The notes below the pieces were generated by a model. It was not told the origin of the DNA, ran no database searches, and worked only from the letters and a program-made list of their open reading frames with translations. A stretch of DNA of 53,558 nucleotides from a virus (Duplodnaviria; Caudoviricetes): positions 1 through 53,558 of the IMG/VR virus record IMGVR_UViG_3300033562_000211. The stretch is one strand, 5' to 3'. Shown here in pieces: positions 11,063 through 20,770 of this stretch (its first letter is position 1; the number at the start of each line of letters is the position of its first letter). The position numbers and the translations under genes were made by a program.

Positions 11063-11409
11063 TACATACTCCTCTCTTGAGCCATAAATAAAGGATCATT
11101 ATCTGTTATATACTTCAATGAAGTGATAACACATGAGCATCCAGCATTGTATAACAATTCACTTCTAACGCCTACAAATTGAACAAGTCTTTCTGTTTCA
11201 TCGTTATCAATGATAAATGTTTTATGTGCTCTTCCAGTATCATCAATTTTTAAACTACATGACTTAATTAACGTTTCACCAGAAGCATTTACACCATATA
11301 CAAGTAATGCACAATCTATACTAGAGCCTTTATATATATAGTTTACATCAATAGCAACTAAAGTAGCTATCGAATCTCCTTGTACTAAACTAATAGGTTT
11401 ACTTCTCAT
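11062..11409 (-). CDS. Paralog family protein (MRSKPISLVQGDS)
   Basis: LLVYGVNASGETLIKSCSL motif; GGAGG RBS. Confidence 0.7.
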   Translation of the reverse strand: MRSKPISLVQGDSIATLVAIDVNYIYKGSSIDCALLVYGVNASGETLIKSCSLKIDDTGRAHKTFIIDNDETERLVQFVGVRSELLYNAGCSCVITSLKYITDNDPLFMAQERSM

Positions 11410-11418
11410 ATAAACCTC

Positions 11419-11787
11419 CTAGGTCATTACTTCTACATTATCGCTCTGTAATAGAACATCAATATGCTGAACATCAACAACAGCTTTAACACCATATAAT
11501 GCACAGAATTTCATAGCTGCTGTTACGGTTAATTCATAACAAACAGCAGAATAGTCGCTCAAATTTGTGATAACAAAAGCCTTTGCACATATCTCTCCAG
11601 ATGTTGCACTTGTAGGCTTATTTAATTCACATTCACAAATCTCTGTTTCTCCAGTAGGTTTTATGCCATATATCTTAAGACTTGCCAAACCAGTTCCTGC
11701 AACTTTCATATAATTCCACATTGGTACAAAAGCTACTGAACTAAGAATGCTATCTCCATTCACAAGGCTTATCGGTTTACTTTTCAT
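11419..11787 (-). CDS. Paralog family protein (MKSKPISLVNGDS)
   Basis: LKIYGIKPTGETEICECEL motif; GGAG RBS. Confidence 0.7.
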   Translation of the reverse strand: MKSKPISLVNGDSILSSVAFVPMWNYMKVAGTGLASLKIYGIKPTGETEICECELNKPTSATSGEICAKAFVITNLSDYSAVCYELTVTAAMKFCALYGVKAVVDVQHIDVLLQSDNVEVMT

Positions 11788-11797
11788 TTCATACTCC

Positions 11798-12196
11798 TTA
11801 GTAAGTTAATACATTCTCAACTTTTTGTACGTTAGTAATAGCTTTAACACTATGAATAACACCGAAGTTACAATCTGCGAAATCATTTCCAGTGGCTTCA
11901 GATAATTCCCACCTCAACGCTAATGATGTTGAAGGTGTAGCATACATATATGTAGCAGTACAATTATCTTTAATATGTCCAACTACGGGATCGCCTGTTC
12001 CAGGAAATTTCAAAGTACACGTACCTAATAATGTTTCTCCTAAAGCTCCAATGCCATATATCTTCAATACAGCCTCATTATCTGGAATGGCAACTGTCCA
12101 ATCTACTGGTATATCTCTATAATTATACAATACAGACACACCTATACATTCACTAATATTCTCCCCTTGAATAAGGGACACTGGTCTACTTTTCAT
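11798..12196 (-). CDS. Paralog family protein (MKSRPVSLIQGEN)
   Basis: LKIYGIGALGETLLGTCTL motif; AAGGAG RBS. Confidence 0.7.
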   Translation of the reverse strand: MKSRPVSLIQGENISECIGVSVLYNYRDIPVDWTVAIPDNEAVLKIYGIGALGETLLGTCTLKFPGTGDPVVGHIKDNCTATYMYATPSTSLALRWELSEATGNDFADCNFGVIHSVKAITNVQKVENVLTY

Positions 12197-12212
12197 AACT
12201 TACTCCTTATTA

Positions 12213-13253
12213 TTAATATGCCCATTCTTGTTCTGGTTCTTTTTTACCATTTATTAACTTATCTCCCCAACGCCAACCTAATTGAACTCCTTTACCCATT
12301 GCTAAAGAAGAGAAAATATTAGGTATATTTCCATTTCCTAAAGGATTGAATGTATTTAATGGATTCATCAAAGAACCTATCATCCCACCTTTAGAATATG
12401 GATTAGGCATAACATATCCTAACCATCTATTGTCTGATCTCCAATTCTTATACAGCTCTTTTCTAGTCGCATTTTTTAATGCTTTAGCTTCTTTAGCACC
12501 ACTATTTATAGCTAGATTCTTAATTATATCAGATATTACATCTTTTGATTTAACTCCATCAGCAGTACTAGAAAATTTTAACACTTCATCCATAATAGAT
12601 TTTTTATCATAATGCTCCATTAAATCTGGATATTTTGATAAAGAAGTTAACTTATCTTTTATAGTGCTCTTACCAGTGTTAGACATTAATCTAGTTAGCT
12701 TATTTACAATTCTAGAATCAGTAAATTTGTTGGCTATTTCTAATGATTCATCTACTGAAAAATGTGGACTTTTATCAATTATATTAGTCATCATATTTTT
12801 AAATCCATCTACCATTTTAGATTTGTTAACAAACTCTCCGACCTCACCTAAGACTTTCTTACCAATAGTTTGAGTACCTTTAACAGTTTTTAAAGTACCA
12901 GCCATAGGCATTAACATAAGTGCAGACCATCCCTTTGACATAGAAGATGCATTAGAATTAGGATTGACATTAGACACATCTTCTGGATTAGGTAAAACTA
13001 ACTTAGCAACATTATTTATACCGTTTAAATTATTATAGTACTCTTTATAAGATTCGGTATAACGAGAAGGTTCTAAAAAAGAATCATCTTTCCAATCTGA
13101 TGTTCCAATTGATCCTTGTTTATATCTCTTCTCTCTATTTATCTCATTTAATCTATCTTGCATTATCTGATTACTATAATTCAATTGGTCTCTTGTAGAA
13201 GGATTGAATCCAAATTGATTCTCCATGTTACACCCCTTTTCTAAATTTACCAC
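12213..13253 (-). CDS. Hypothetical protein, possibly an internal virion protein; start may be ATG 13226
   Basis: Long ORF in the late module with no recognisable motif. Confidence 0.5.
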   Translation of the reverse strand: MVNLEKGCNMENQFGFNPSTRDQLNYSNQIMQDRLNEINREKRYKQGSIGTSDWKDDSFLEPSRYTESYKEYYNNLNGINNVAKLVLPNPEDVSNVNPNSNASSMSKGWSALMLMPMAGTLKTVKGTQTIGKKVLGEVGEFVNKSKMVDGFKNMMTNIIDKSPHFSVDESLEIANKFTDSRIVNKLTRLMSNTGKSTIKDKLTSLSKYPDLMEHYDKKSIMDEVLKFSSTADGVKSKDVISDIIKNLAINSGAKEAKALKNATRKELYKNWRSDNRWLGYVMPNPYSKGGMIGSLMNPLNTFNPLGNGNIPNIFSSLAMGKGVQLGWRWGDKLINGKKEPEQEWAY

Positions 13254-13302
13254 TTCTTAGCCATTTTGAGCCACTTTCTCAATCTCATGATAATTCCTTC
13301 AT
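13244..13302 (-). repeat. Dispersed gapped motif, copy 1
   Basis: ATGAAGGAATTATCATGA-N17-AAAATGGCT-N8-GTAAATT on the - strand. Confidence 0.8.
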
Positions 13303-13336
13303 GAAACTTTTAAAACCCATGTAGATCACTTCATTT

Positions 13337-13492
13337 TTAGACCCTGATCCGCTCTTTCCGAAATTTCTTTTCCCGTTTGTCAATAAACTGGACATCACAC
13401 TCTTCAATCTTTGAACAATTTGTGCAGTTTCTATTTTTGCACTCTAAAATCGGTTTCCTGACGATTTCTTGTTCTGATGATACTTTCTTCAT
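13337..13492 (-). CDS. 51-aa Cys-rich protein
   Basis: Hand-translated MKKVSSEQ...ECKNRNCTNCSKIEEC; GGAG RBS. Confidence 0.45.
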   Translation of the reverse strand: MKKVSSEQEIVRKPILECKNRNCTNCSKIEECDVQFIDKREKKFRKERIRV

Positions 13493-13509
13493 GAACTTTC
13501 TCCGATGCT

Positions 13510-13701
13510 TTAATTCGCTTTGCTTTCAATGGAAAATAAACAAACTTTTCCATTTTTGCTAATCAATTTCGACATTTCGTAATTCTCAACCTCTTTCCGG
13601 TTACAATTACACACAAAATTAAACTTTTCATGTAGCGTTACTAACTTATTGCATACCTGACATCTATACTTACCATTCAAGTCTTTTGTTATACTGATCA
13701 T
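13510..13701 (-). CDS. Small zinc-ribbon-like protein
   Basis: CQVC...CNC; ATGA-coupled to the upstream ORF. Confidence 0.5.
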   Translation of the reverse strand: MISITKDLNGKYRCQVCNKLVTLHEKFNFVCNCNRKEVENYEMSKLISKNGKVCLFSIESKAN

Positions 13702-13793
13702 ATATCTTTCCTTTTAATCTGTTCTATAATACACCATGCTACAAACACCATAATAAACAATATCAGAATAGATTCAACAAAATCTTTACTCAT
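13698..13793 (-). CDS. 31-aa single-TM peptide
   Basis: MSKDFVESILILFIMVFVAWCIIEQIKRKDI; ATGA overlaps at both ends. Confidence 0.5.
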   Translation of the reverse strand: MSKDFVESILILFIMVFVAWCIIEQIKRKDI

Positions 13794-14305
13794 TTAACTA
13801 ACCAAATAGTTCCACCTAAGAACACTAATATTACAACAGCACCAATCCATGCTCTATCCCACTCTGGTCTTTGTTCTATATTTCCAGCATTAATCCCATT
13901 ATAAGTTGTTTGTGCAGGATACATATAACCATTAACATCAACCATAGAACTAGGAATACCTCTCCATTGCATAACTATATGTTTAATTGTGTCTGGAGCA
14001 CTTAAATACTTTAAATTATAATATGAGCTTCCTTTACTAGACCAATAAGTAGTACATCCAATGTCTATATATCTATCTTTATACTTAAATCCTACCTTAT
14101 ATGTAGTATCTTCTTTAATTATCCTTGCAATATGTTTAATATGATAAACAGTAGTATCAACACTCTTTACCCTAGTAACCACACTATCCTTCCATAATAT
14201 CCTAGTACTAACATCAACTTGTCTTAACTTATAGTTATCATATCCTAAATATAAACATCCAATAACCAACATTGTAAATATAAAGACATATACTTGTTTA
14301 ATCAT
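13790..14305 (-). CDS. Membrane protein of the lysis cassette (spanin-like)
   Basis: N-terminal and C-terminal hydrophobic helices; downstream of the endolysin. Confidence 0.45.
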   Translation of the reverse strand: MIKQVYVFIFTMLVIGCLYLGYDNYKLRQVDVSTRILWKDSVVTRVKSVDTTVYHIKHIARIIKEDTTYKVGFKYKDRYIDIGCTTYWSSKGSSYYNLKYLSAPDTIKHIVMQWRGIPSSMVDVNGYMYPAQTTYNGINAGNIEQRPEWDRAWIGAVVILVFLGGTIWLVK

Positions 14306-14486
14306 TCTTTCCTCGCTTAAATTAAATCCCTCCTCTTGACTTTCACAAGCCCTAATAACATTACAGCATGTATATAATTAGGTGGTTTTTCTGCACTACG
14401 GAGAGCGCTGAGACTCTATGTGACTTCGCTTGTTAAGCGTAGAGCTACCTCAACTATTATACCTTAGTAAATGCAAACAAAACAAC

Positions 14487-14585
14487 CTAATTCTCCTTAA
14501 TATATCCATATGCAAATCCCCAACCGAACAATACACCAAATAAGAAAGCCATTATATACATCATATCAATACCTACTATGTTCAT
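14487..14585 (-). CDS. 32-aa hydrophobic peptide
   Basis: MNIVGIDMMYIMAFLFGVLFGWGFAYGYIKEN; overlaps the endolysin 3' end. Confidence 0.3.
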   Translation of the reverse strand: MNIVGIDMMYIMAFLFGVLFGWGFAYGYIKEN

Positions 14586-15090
14586 AAGTCCAATTCAGAT
14601 ACTGCTTATCATCTATGTAGTAATTCCCAGTCTTGAATAATCTAGCTTCACATGATCTTCTACCTATAATCTCAGGAGGATTCTTCCACATCATAATAGC
14701 ATCAACTATCTCATCTACATCTTCTCCAGCTATAATCCTCTTGACAAATGTGCTAGGTTTAGTTGTAAATGCTGTTCTTCCTATATTAATACAGATACTT
14801 ACCAATGCATCGAACTGATGTTGATTAACCAAATGCCCAACCTTATCTGCTACTGGTTTACTATATCTCTCTAAATCTTGTTGAGTTAACTCTTCTAATT
14901 CAGCATCAGATAACTTATCCATCATAAGATTGATAGTTCTATTGCATAATGTAATATACTCATATCCAGGGAAGATTCTATGCCCTACACCTATAGTAGG
15001 AAATCCTCTTGTATCAAAATACATCTTCTTCTTCTTACCCTCTAATCCATGTAAGAATTGTATTCCCTGTAAGCTAACTTCTTGAATCAT
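14566..15090 (-). CDS. Endolysin, GH24 phage lysozyme
   Basis: Catalytic E-x8-D-x5-T in LEGKKKKMYFDTRGFPTIGVGH; NQHQFDALVSICINIG; RRSCEARLF. Confidence 0.92.
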   Translation of the reverse strand: MIQEVSLQGIQFLHGLEGKKKKMYFDTRGFPTIGVGHRIFPGYEYITLCNRTINLMMDKLSDAELEELTQQDLERYSKPVADKVGHLVNQHQFDALVSICINIGRTAFTTKPSTFVKRIIAGEDVDEIVDAIMMWKNPPEIIGRRSCEARLFKTGNYYIDDKQYLNWTYEHSRY

Positions 15091-15980
15091 ATCTTTTCCT
15101 TTCTATCTAATTCTTCATCGTGTGTATGTCTAAGATCATCTATCTGCATCTCTCTCCATACTCCATATGCTTGAACCATTTCACTAAGAAACTGCTGTAA
15201 ATACGACATACTCTCATCTACAAATCTAAACTTCTTATCATTTACCATATCAGTGTTGATAAACTTCAACTTAGAAAAGTAATCCATAGTACTCTTTTGA
15301 TGAAACTTCTCATAGAATAGATCAGTAAACTCTTTACCTGCTAGATTATAACCTTCATTTTTAACTGTATCATATAGAGTAGATACGACATTCATAGCAT
15401 TAGTAAAACTATCTTCATCTCTAAATATACTATCTCTGTAAGACATAATGAAATCAAAGAATGCATTAGCCTTATAAATAGCAAACTTCCTAATAGATTC
15501 ATTACTAAAGAATCTAAGTGCATTATTAGACACTCTAATAAACTTATCTTTAATCCCTATTTCTGCACTCTTATTCCTCATCTGCTCAGTAAGTTCGTTC
15601 TTCATATTCTCTATCTTATTTGCTATATCTGATATGCAAACTACTATATCATTATGAGCAGATTCAGCTTCTTTGATCTTCTTATCGGCTAAAGTCATTA
15701 GTTTAGCTTCTAACTCACCATGTATTTTAGCACAATTAGGCATCTTAGTCTCTATGATTAGAGCTATCTTATCCATTGATTCTAGATGAACAGCATTTGC
15801 ATTACTGATCAGTTCTTGTTTCTCCATTTCTAACTTAGCTATCCTTTCCTGATCTTTCTCTTTAGCTTTGATATTATCCTTGTTTATCCTCCACTGCCAA
15901 AGTCCACCCCATACACCTCCAAGACCTAATCCACCAAGTAATATGCCAGCAGCTGGCAATAAAGACATTATAAGATCCAT
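15087..15980 (-). CDS. Membrane-anchored coiled-coil protein, holin-position gene
   Basis: Gly-rich N-terminal TM helix; ATGA-coupled to the endolysin. Confidence 0.45.
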   Translation of the reverse strand: MDLIMSLLPAAGILLGGLGLGGVWGGLWQWRINKDNIKAKEKDQERIAKLEMEKQELISNANAVHLESMDKIALIIETKMPNCAKIHGELEAKLMTLADKKIKEAESAHNDIVVCISDIANKIENMKNELTEQMRNKSAEIGIKDKFIRVSNNALRFFSNESIRKFAIYKANAFFDFIMSYRDSIFRDEDSFTNAMNVVSTLYDTVKNEGYNLAGKEFTDLFYEKFHQKSTMDYFSKLKFINTDMVNDKKFRFVDESMSYLQQFLSEMVQAYGVWREMQIDDLRHTHDEELDRKEKI

Positions 15981-16079
15981 CTCAATCCCTCTTGTCCACC
16001 GATAAGGAATAGAAACCCTGCTATTATCTGCTCTGTTGTAAATCCTGCTATCATAAGCTATCCTTTCTTCCTAAAGGAA

Positions 16080-16101
16080 AGAGGGTATATTTCAACCCTC
16101 T
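16080..16101 (-). terminator. Intrinsic terminator after the tail fibre gene
   Basis: AGAGGGT-N8-ACCCTCT stem followed by a short T run on the - strand. Confidence 0.5.
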
Positions 16102-16155
16102 GTTGTTTGTTAAGCACCTACTTCTGTTAGTTCTAACCTTACTGTCCAATGTATA

Positions 16156-17772
16156 TTAATAATTACCTAATACCTTTGTGTTCATAATAGCATGCCACTT
16201 AATCGTTGTAGATGCCAACCCTGTTACTTTTATAAGTATCGTAGATCCACCAGTTACAGTAATAGATATACCTGTCAATCCAGAAGATATTAAATCAGTG
16301 CCTATTGTAGTAGTTGACAATAAACCTCCTGAAGAGTTTACAACTCTGCGATTAAACACAGCGTACTCAACGGCTGGATATTGCTTAACTGCATATATTG
16401 ATATATCGTTTATATATATCTGTTGACCATTGTTCTGATTGATTGTTTCTGCTGTAGTAGTTGGAGACATATTTGTTTGTGTAGCATTAGTTGTTACTAT
16501 ACCAAGCATCAATTCTCTTGTTCCCCAATATAAGGCAGCTGCTCCACTTGCATTACCATTCCACCCTACAGAATGCTCACCGGTATTTAGTGTTAACCAA
16601 TTATAACCATAAAGTCTTGAATATGGCTTTGTAGCATTTAATGTTTTACCAAAGATTATGGAATAATTACTTGATGCTGACAGTGTGTTTGATTCGCCAA
16701 TTACTATAGCACTATTACTACCTACTGTATTACTATAACCGCTTACTAAAGAATATGATCCATTACATGTATTATAATATCCAGAGACAAGATTATGTGT
16801 CCAACTATTTGTATTCCCTTCACCAAATGCAGCTGAATAATTACCTGAAACAACATTATCTTTACAGGCAACAAAAGAACATATACCGCTTGCAGTATTA
16901 TTTTGTCCAACCGCAAATGAATAACTACCACTTGAAACCATTGTATTAGCAGTTCTACTCATCTGTAAATCAACTGCCTTTAATCCTCGTTTATTACCAC
17001 CAGTAGCAGTATTATCAGGTATTTGTGCTAAAATAGAACCAGTTCCTTTAGCAACTATAGCAAAATCTACATTGGTAGCAGCATTGGTAGCAGTTAAACT
17101 AACTACAGGAACAGTACCGTTAGGAGCACTCGTATTAACAGCTTCAGTAAAGTTAGTCAATCCAGAAACATCTTGCCAACTTGGTAACCCACTAACTAAT
17201 TTCAAATACTTACCATCAGTACTCTTAGCTAATGTAGTTGCTGCACCACTTGTTCCACCATAAATAATATCTCCACTTGCTGACATTGGATTAGTTAGCT
17301 TACCATTGAATATATTCCAGTCCGTAGAACTTAAATAACCATCAGAATCGGTATCTGCTGCACCTAATGTATTCTTAATAGTAGTAACAGTCTCATCTCC
17401 AGTATTAGTTCCACTAACAGCATTCAATGCAGTTATGTTACTATGAATATCTGTAGAGTAAGTACCAGCCGCTTGTTTTCCACCTAATGCTGTATCTATA
17501 CCAGCTAAATGAGCTTCAACATCTGGAGTTGCTGCAACATAGTTAGTTGAAATACCAGTAACATTGATAATATTAGCATTGTGCCCTGATGTAGCTGTAT
17601 CAGTTAACCCAGCATGTAGAGTAGTACCAGGATCACCAGTATCACCCTTATCACCCTTATCACCCTCATCACCCTTATCACCTTTATCACCTTTTAAGGC
17701 AACAAGATCCTTAGCAAGACTGCTCTCAGTCATTATACCATTAGTATCTCTATATAATAATTTATCTGCCAT
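16156..17772 (-). CDS. Tail fibre / receptor-binding protein
   Basis: Collagen-like (GDK)n; MSASGDIIYG fibre motif; ~14-aa YadA-head-like beta-roll repeats (SFAVGQNNTASG, SAAFGEGNT, SLVSGYSNT). Confidence 0.85.
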   Translation of the reverse strand: MADKLLYRDTNGIMTESSLAKDLVALKGDKGDKGDEGDKGDKGDTGDPGTTLHAGLTDTATSGHNANIINVTGISTNYVAATPDVEAHLAGIDTALGGKQAAGTYSTDIHSNITALNAVSGTNTGDETVTTIKNTLGAADTDSDGYLSSTDWNIFNGKLTNPMSASGDIIYGGTSGAATTLAKSTDGKYLKLVSGLPSWQDVSGLTNFTEAVNTSAPNGTVPVVSLTATNAATNVDFAIVAKGTGSILAQIPDNTATGGNKRGLKAVDLQMSRTANTMVSSGSYSFAVGQNNTASGICSFVACKDNVVSGNYSAAFGEGNTNSWTHNLVSGYYNTCNGSYSLVSGYSNTVGSNSAIVIGESNTLSASSNYSIIFGKTLNATKPYSRLYGYNWLTLNTGEHSVGWNGNASGAAALYWGTRELMLGIVTTNATQTNMSPTTTAETINQNNGQQIYINDISIYAVKQYPAVEYAVFNRRVVNSSGGLLSTTTIGTDLISSGLTGISITVTGGSTILIKVTGLASTTIKWHAIMNTKVLGNY

Positions 17773-17780
17773 CTTTTACC

Positions 17781-18293
17781 TTAAGCTAAGATAGTTATTT
17801 CACCATATTCAACATCGAAACTAGATGTTTTCTCTACATAACCAATAGACTGCAATATTTTACCTGCACCTGTTGAAACTGTAACAGTTGCTAATCCAGG
17901 AGTAGATACACTCAAAAACACTGGTTTACCAATATCTGCTTCTACAAATGTAACTGGACAACTACCTGCTTTATATATTGTAGCTGGATTACCAGTACTA
18001 ACACTTGTCTTTACATACCCATGAGCAGCAAACTTATTAGTTCCTCCATCAGCTTTTCTACAACTAGCTGTACCAGTATTATTATAGAAATTAACCTGAT
18101 CTCCTGCACTTAAGCTCTCTGTAGCAGGTAATACTACAGTATCCGAACCAACTCCATCTGGCAGCATAGCAGCAGCTAATTTACCACCTGCATCCAACTG
18201 AGGAATAGCATTAGCATCACCAGAACCACCTATAGTAGCTCCATTTACCATCTCCTGTATTCCTTCTGCATTTCTTGTTATATATTTAGCCAT
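17781..18293 (-). CDS. Fibre-associated or decoration protein (DUF2190-like)
   Basis: IPQLDAGGKL fibre motif; ATESLSAGDQV...AHGYV...G pattern. Confidence 0.55.
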   Translation of the reverse strand: MAKYITRNAEGIQEMVNGATIGGSGDANAIPQLDAGGKLAAAMLPDGVGSDTVVLPATESLSAGDQVNFYNNTGTASCRKADGGTNKFAAHGYVKTSVSTGNPATIYKAGSCPVTFVEADIGKPVFLSVSTPGLATVTVSTGAGKILQSIGYVEKTSSFDVEYGEITILA

Positions 18294-18415
18294 ATTCTAT
18301 TCCTTTCTTGTTTAACCATTTGTGTTGTCCAGTACGGAGTACTGGAAAACGTGAATCTCATTGAGTGAAGCGAAATGAGAGAGGAAAGGCTAGTCTCTAA
18401 CAAATGAAGACAACC

Positions 18416-18943
18416 TTATCCCTCTAATATTGGTTCCTCTATCTTAATTAACATTGTATATTCATTAACCATAATGCCCAACCTTACAGCATAGTTACCT
18501 TCATTAAAGTTTAAATTTGTATAAGGGACCATCTCTCCGTCTAATCCTAGAAACAAAACAGTTCCTATATTCCAATGTAAACCATTATTAGTAAATATAC
18601 CTGCTGTTTTAACATCTACTTCATTTAATGCATCCCCTGCATTCATTGTAATACCTAACACATTAGGATGATCAACATAATCAGCTTTATGAACAATATT
18701 ACTAAATTGAGTAACAGTCTTACAAGCTCCTATAGCAGTATCACAGAAGTATCTATATATTAACTCATCTCCTGTATTGATACCACTAGTATTCTCTATT
18801 TTCTCTTTTTCATCGCTATTTACAAAATATCTATCAACAGATTCAATTATTTTATCTGTAATAGCTGTGAATGAAGAATCTAATTCACTTTCAATAAGTA
18901 TATCTTCTCCATCCACATTATCAATATAAAGCATCTTTTTCAT
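18416..18943 (-). CDS. Structural protein related to the neighbouring decoration-like gene
   Basis: HKAD...VLGIT..AGD...V.VKTAG...LFLG..G parallels 17781-18293. Confidence 0.5.
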   Translation of the reverse strand: MKKMLYIDNVDGEDILIESELDSSFTAITDKIIESVDRYFVNSDEKEKIENTSGINTGDELIYRYFCDTAIGACKTVTQFSNIVHKADYVDHPNVLGITMNAGDALNEVDVKTAGIFTNNGLHWNIGTVLFLGLDGEMVPYTNLNFNEGNYAVRLGIMVNEYTMLIKIEEPILEG

Positions 18944-19974
18944 TAAATATCCTCGATACCTTCACCAGAACAAACAGTATCAGTTATATCGTCAGTTGTA
19001 GCAGCAGTAAACAATGCTGAATAAGCCTTAATCTCTGTTGGTCTAAAGATATAGTAAATTGTAGCATCTATAACTCCTTCAACAGGAGTTAACACTATGT
19101 CTTCAACGTCATATCCTTCACCAGTAATTTCAGATATTAAGAAATCTTCTGGAGTTCCTATTGTAACAGAATCAATAATATTAGTACCAGTTATAGTAAA
19201 TGTACCTTCTGCACTGTCTGCACCAACTATTACCTGTCCTCTATCAATTGTAGAACTAAGTGTTAATTCTGCTTTAACCCCTTCTCCACTAACAGCTATC
19301 TCTTCTGTTACCATGTCTGTAGATGAGAATGATATATTACCACTATAGGTATCTACAATACTAGGAGTAAATACGATATGAAATGATTGAGTCAGCATTC
19401 CAAGAGTAGGATAAAGGTAGAATTCACTAGACCATGTATCATTTTCAACCATTTTAATCAAGAATCCATCAGGAACAGCAACTAATACTCTCTCTTTAAG
19501 ATTATAACACTCTATGGCAAATTGTTTAACATCAGATAAGGTCCCATAATAAGTATCATCGAAAGCACTAACAGATCCAATAACTGTAATCTTAGGAGTA
19601 ATATCTCTAGTTCTAGCTATTTCACCTCTGACAGTATTGAAAATCACATTAATCTTATCTCCATTACCACCCTTTAAATAAAAATAACCACTATTTATAA
19701 GTGGTACTTCTATATCCCTGGTAATTAACCCTCCTCCATAAGTAACTCCATCCAATACTTCTACATCTGATTCAGAGAATGTAAAGTCTTGAGCAGCAAC
19801 TATTCTTGCACTTAATGTACCTAAAGGAACTAATATCTTATTATTACTCGTTCCAATTAAAGTAACCTCTCTAGTTAATGCTCTTGTAGGCATCCCTAGA
19901 CCAAGGAAGTTTGCTTCTTGTCCATTCATTCTGTTAATTGTCCTATCAAAAGGAAATGGTCTATTATCTGCCAT
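18943..19974 (-). CDS. Structural protein with two Ig-like (ASH-type) repeats
   Basis: Repeated FTP...YSGNISFSS...EIAVSGEG and FRP...YSALFTA...VCSGEG. Confidence 0.6.
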   Translation of the reverse strand: MADNRPFPFDRTINRMNGQEANFLGLGMPTRALTREVTLIGTSNNKILVPLGTLSARIVAAQDFTFSESDVEVLDGVTYGGGLITRDIEVPLINSGYFYLKGGNGDKINVIFNTVRGEIARTRDITPKITVIGSVSAFDDTYYGTLSDVKQFAIECYNLKERVLVAVPDGFLIKMVENDTWSSEFYLYPTLGMLTQSFHIVFTPSIVDTYSGNISFSSTDMVTEEIAVSGEGVKAELTLSSTIDRGQVIVGADSAEGTFTITGTNIIDSVTIGTPEDFLISEITGEGYDVEDIVLTPVEGVIDATIYYIFRPTEIKAYSALFTAATTDDITDTVCSGEGIEDI

Positions 19975-20091
19975 TTGTAGTCTCCTTTATTCTTTAATCT
20001 CAATGCCCCAAAGTTCCCTCATCGTGCTTCGCCTTGCCTGACGGCAGGCACGCACTAAGGAACAGGTATGGTAAGTTTGTTTATTGTTTAT

Positions 20092-20415
20092 CTATTTAAG
20101 TCTAGGTTCTAATTCTACCTCTGACTCATATATACCTAATATCAAATGATTAGGCACGTACCTTAATGATCCAAATTTAAACTTTCCTTCAAACTCTGAG
20201 CTTCTGTTATACATGATTATCTGTCCTTTAGCAATCATATTGCTTGTAACATCCTCTCCTATAACTCTACCTAGCACTAATTCATCGAATCCAGTACTTA
20301 TATCACCCAGATATAGCTCTTTACCGTTAGCCCCGATATACTTTTCCTTAACAGGCTCAACGAATACAGTACGAACACCTTTAATTGTTCTACATTCTTT
20401 TGTAATTGCTTCCAT
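20092..20415 (-). CDS. GroES/Cpn10-like co-chaperonin
   Basis: RTVFVEP...G(KE)LYLGD...GRVIG...IAKGQIIMY...YVPNHLILGI follows the Cpn10 pattern. Confidence 0.6.
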   Translation of the reverse strand: MEAITKECRTIKGVRTVFVEPVKEKYIGANGKELYLGDISTGFDELVLGRVIGEDVTSNMIAKGQIIMYNRSSEFEGKFKFGSLRYVPNHLILGIYESEVELEPRLK

Positions 20416-20692
20416 TGTTCATGATCTCCCATTTAAAAGATTCATTCTTACATTTAAACTCTATTTCTATAATATCTTTATCCATTATACACATACATTC
20501 ATACTCATACCATATTTCCTTGATTTCATCCACATTTTCATAGGTATTAGGAGTAATTCTCTTCTTTTTCTTACCATAAAATGTAGCTCCAGATGATACG
20601 ATAGACCATTTTTCATCATCAAGCTCACATTGAACAGTAACCTTGAACGTACCATTAGCTAAATCATAAGGAAAGTAGTATCGAATATTCAT
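20390..20692 (-). CDS. Hypothetical protein
   Basis: First ORF after the leftward promoter. Confidence 0.5.
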   Translation of the reverse strand: MNIRYYFPYDLANGTFKVTVQCELDDEKWSIVSSGATFYGKKKKRITPNTYENVDEIKEIWYEYECMCIMDKDIIEIEFKCKNESFKWEIMNNGSNYKRM

Positions 20693-20741
20693 TTGTGAGC
20701 CTTATGGATAGATTTTTAAGAAATAAAAAACTTATAATGGT

Positions 20742-20770
20742 ATGTTACTCAAGATAAGACCCAATGTCAA
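20742..20770 (-). promoter_or_regulatory. Sigma70-like leftward promoter
   Basis: TTGACA-17 nt-TAACAT on the - strand, upstream of the whole left arm. Confidence 0.6.

Noticed and set aside
1318-20596. Short + strand ORFs in the left arm, and similar antisense ORFs in the other arms
   Set aside because: They are antisense shadows of long genes, lack an RBS and have uninformative composition
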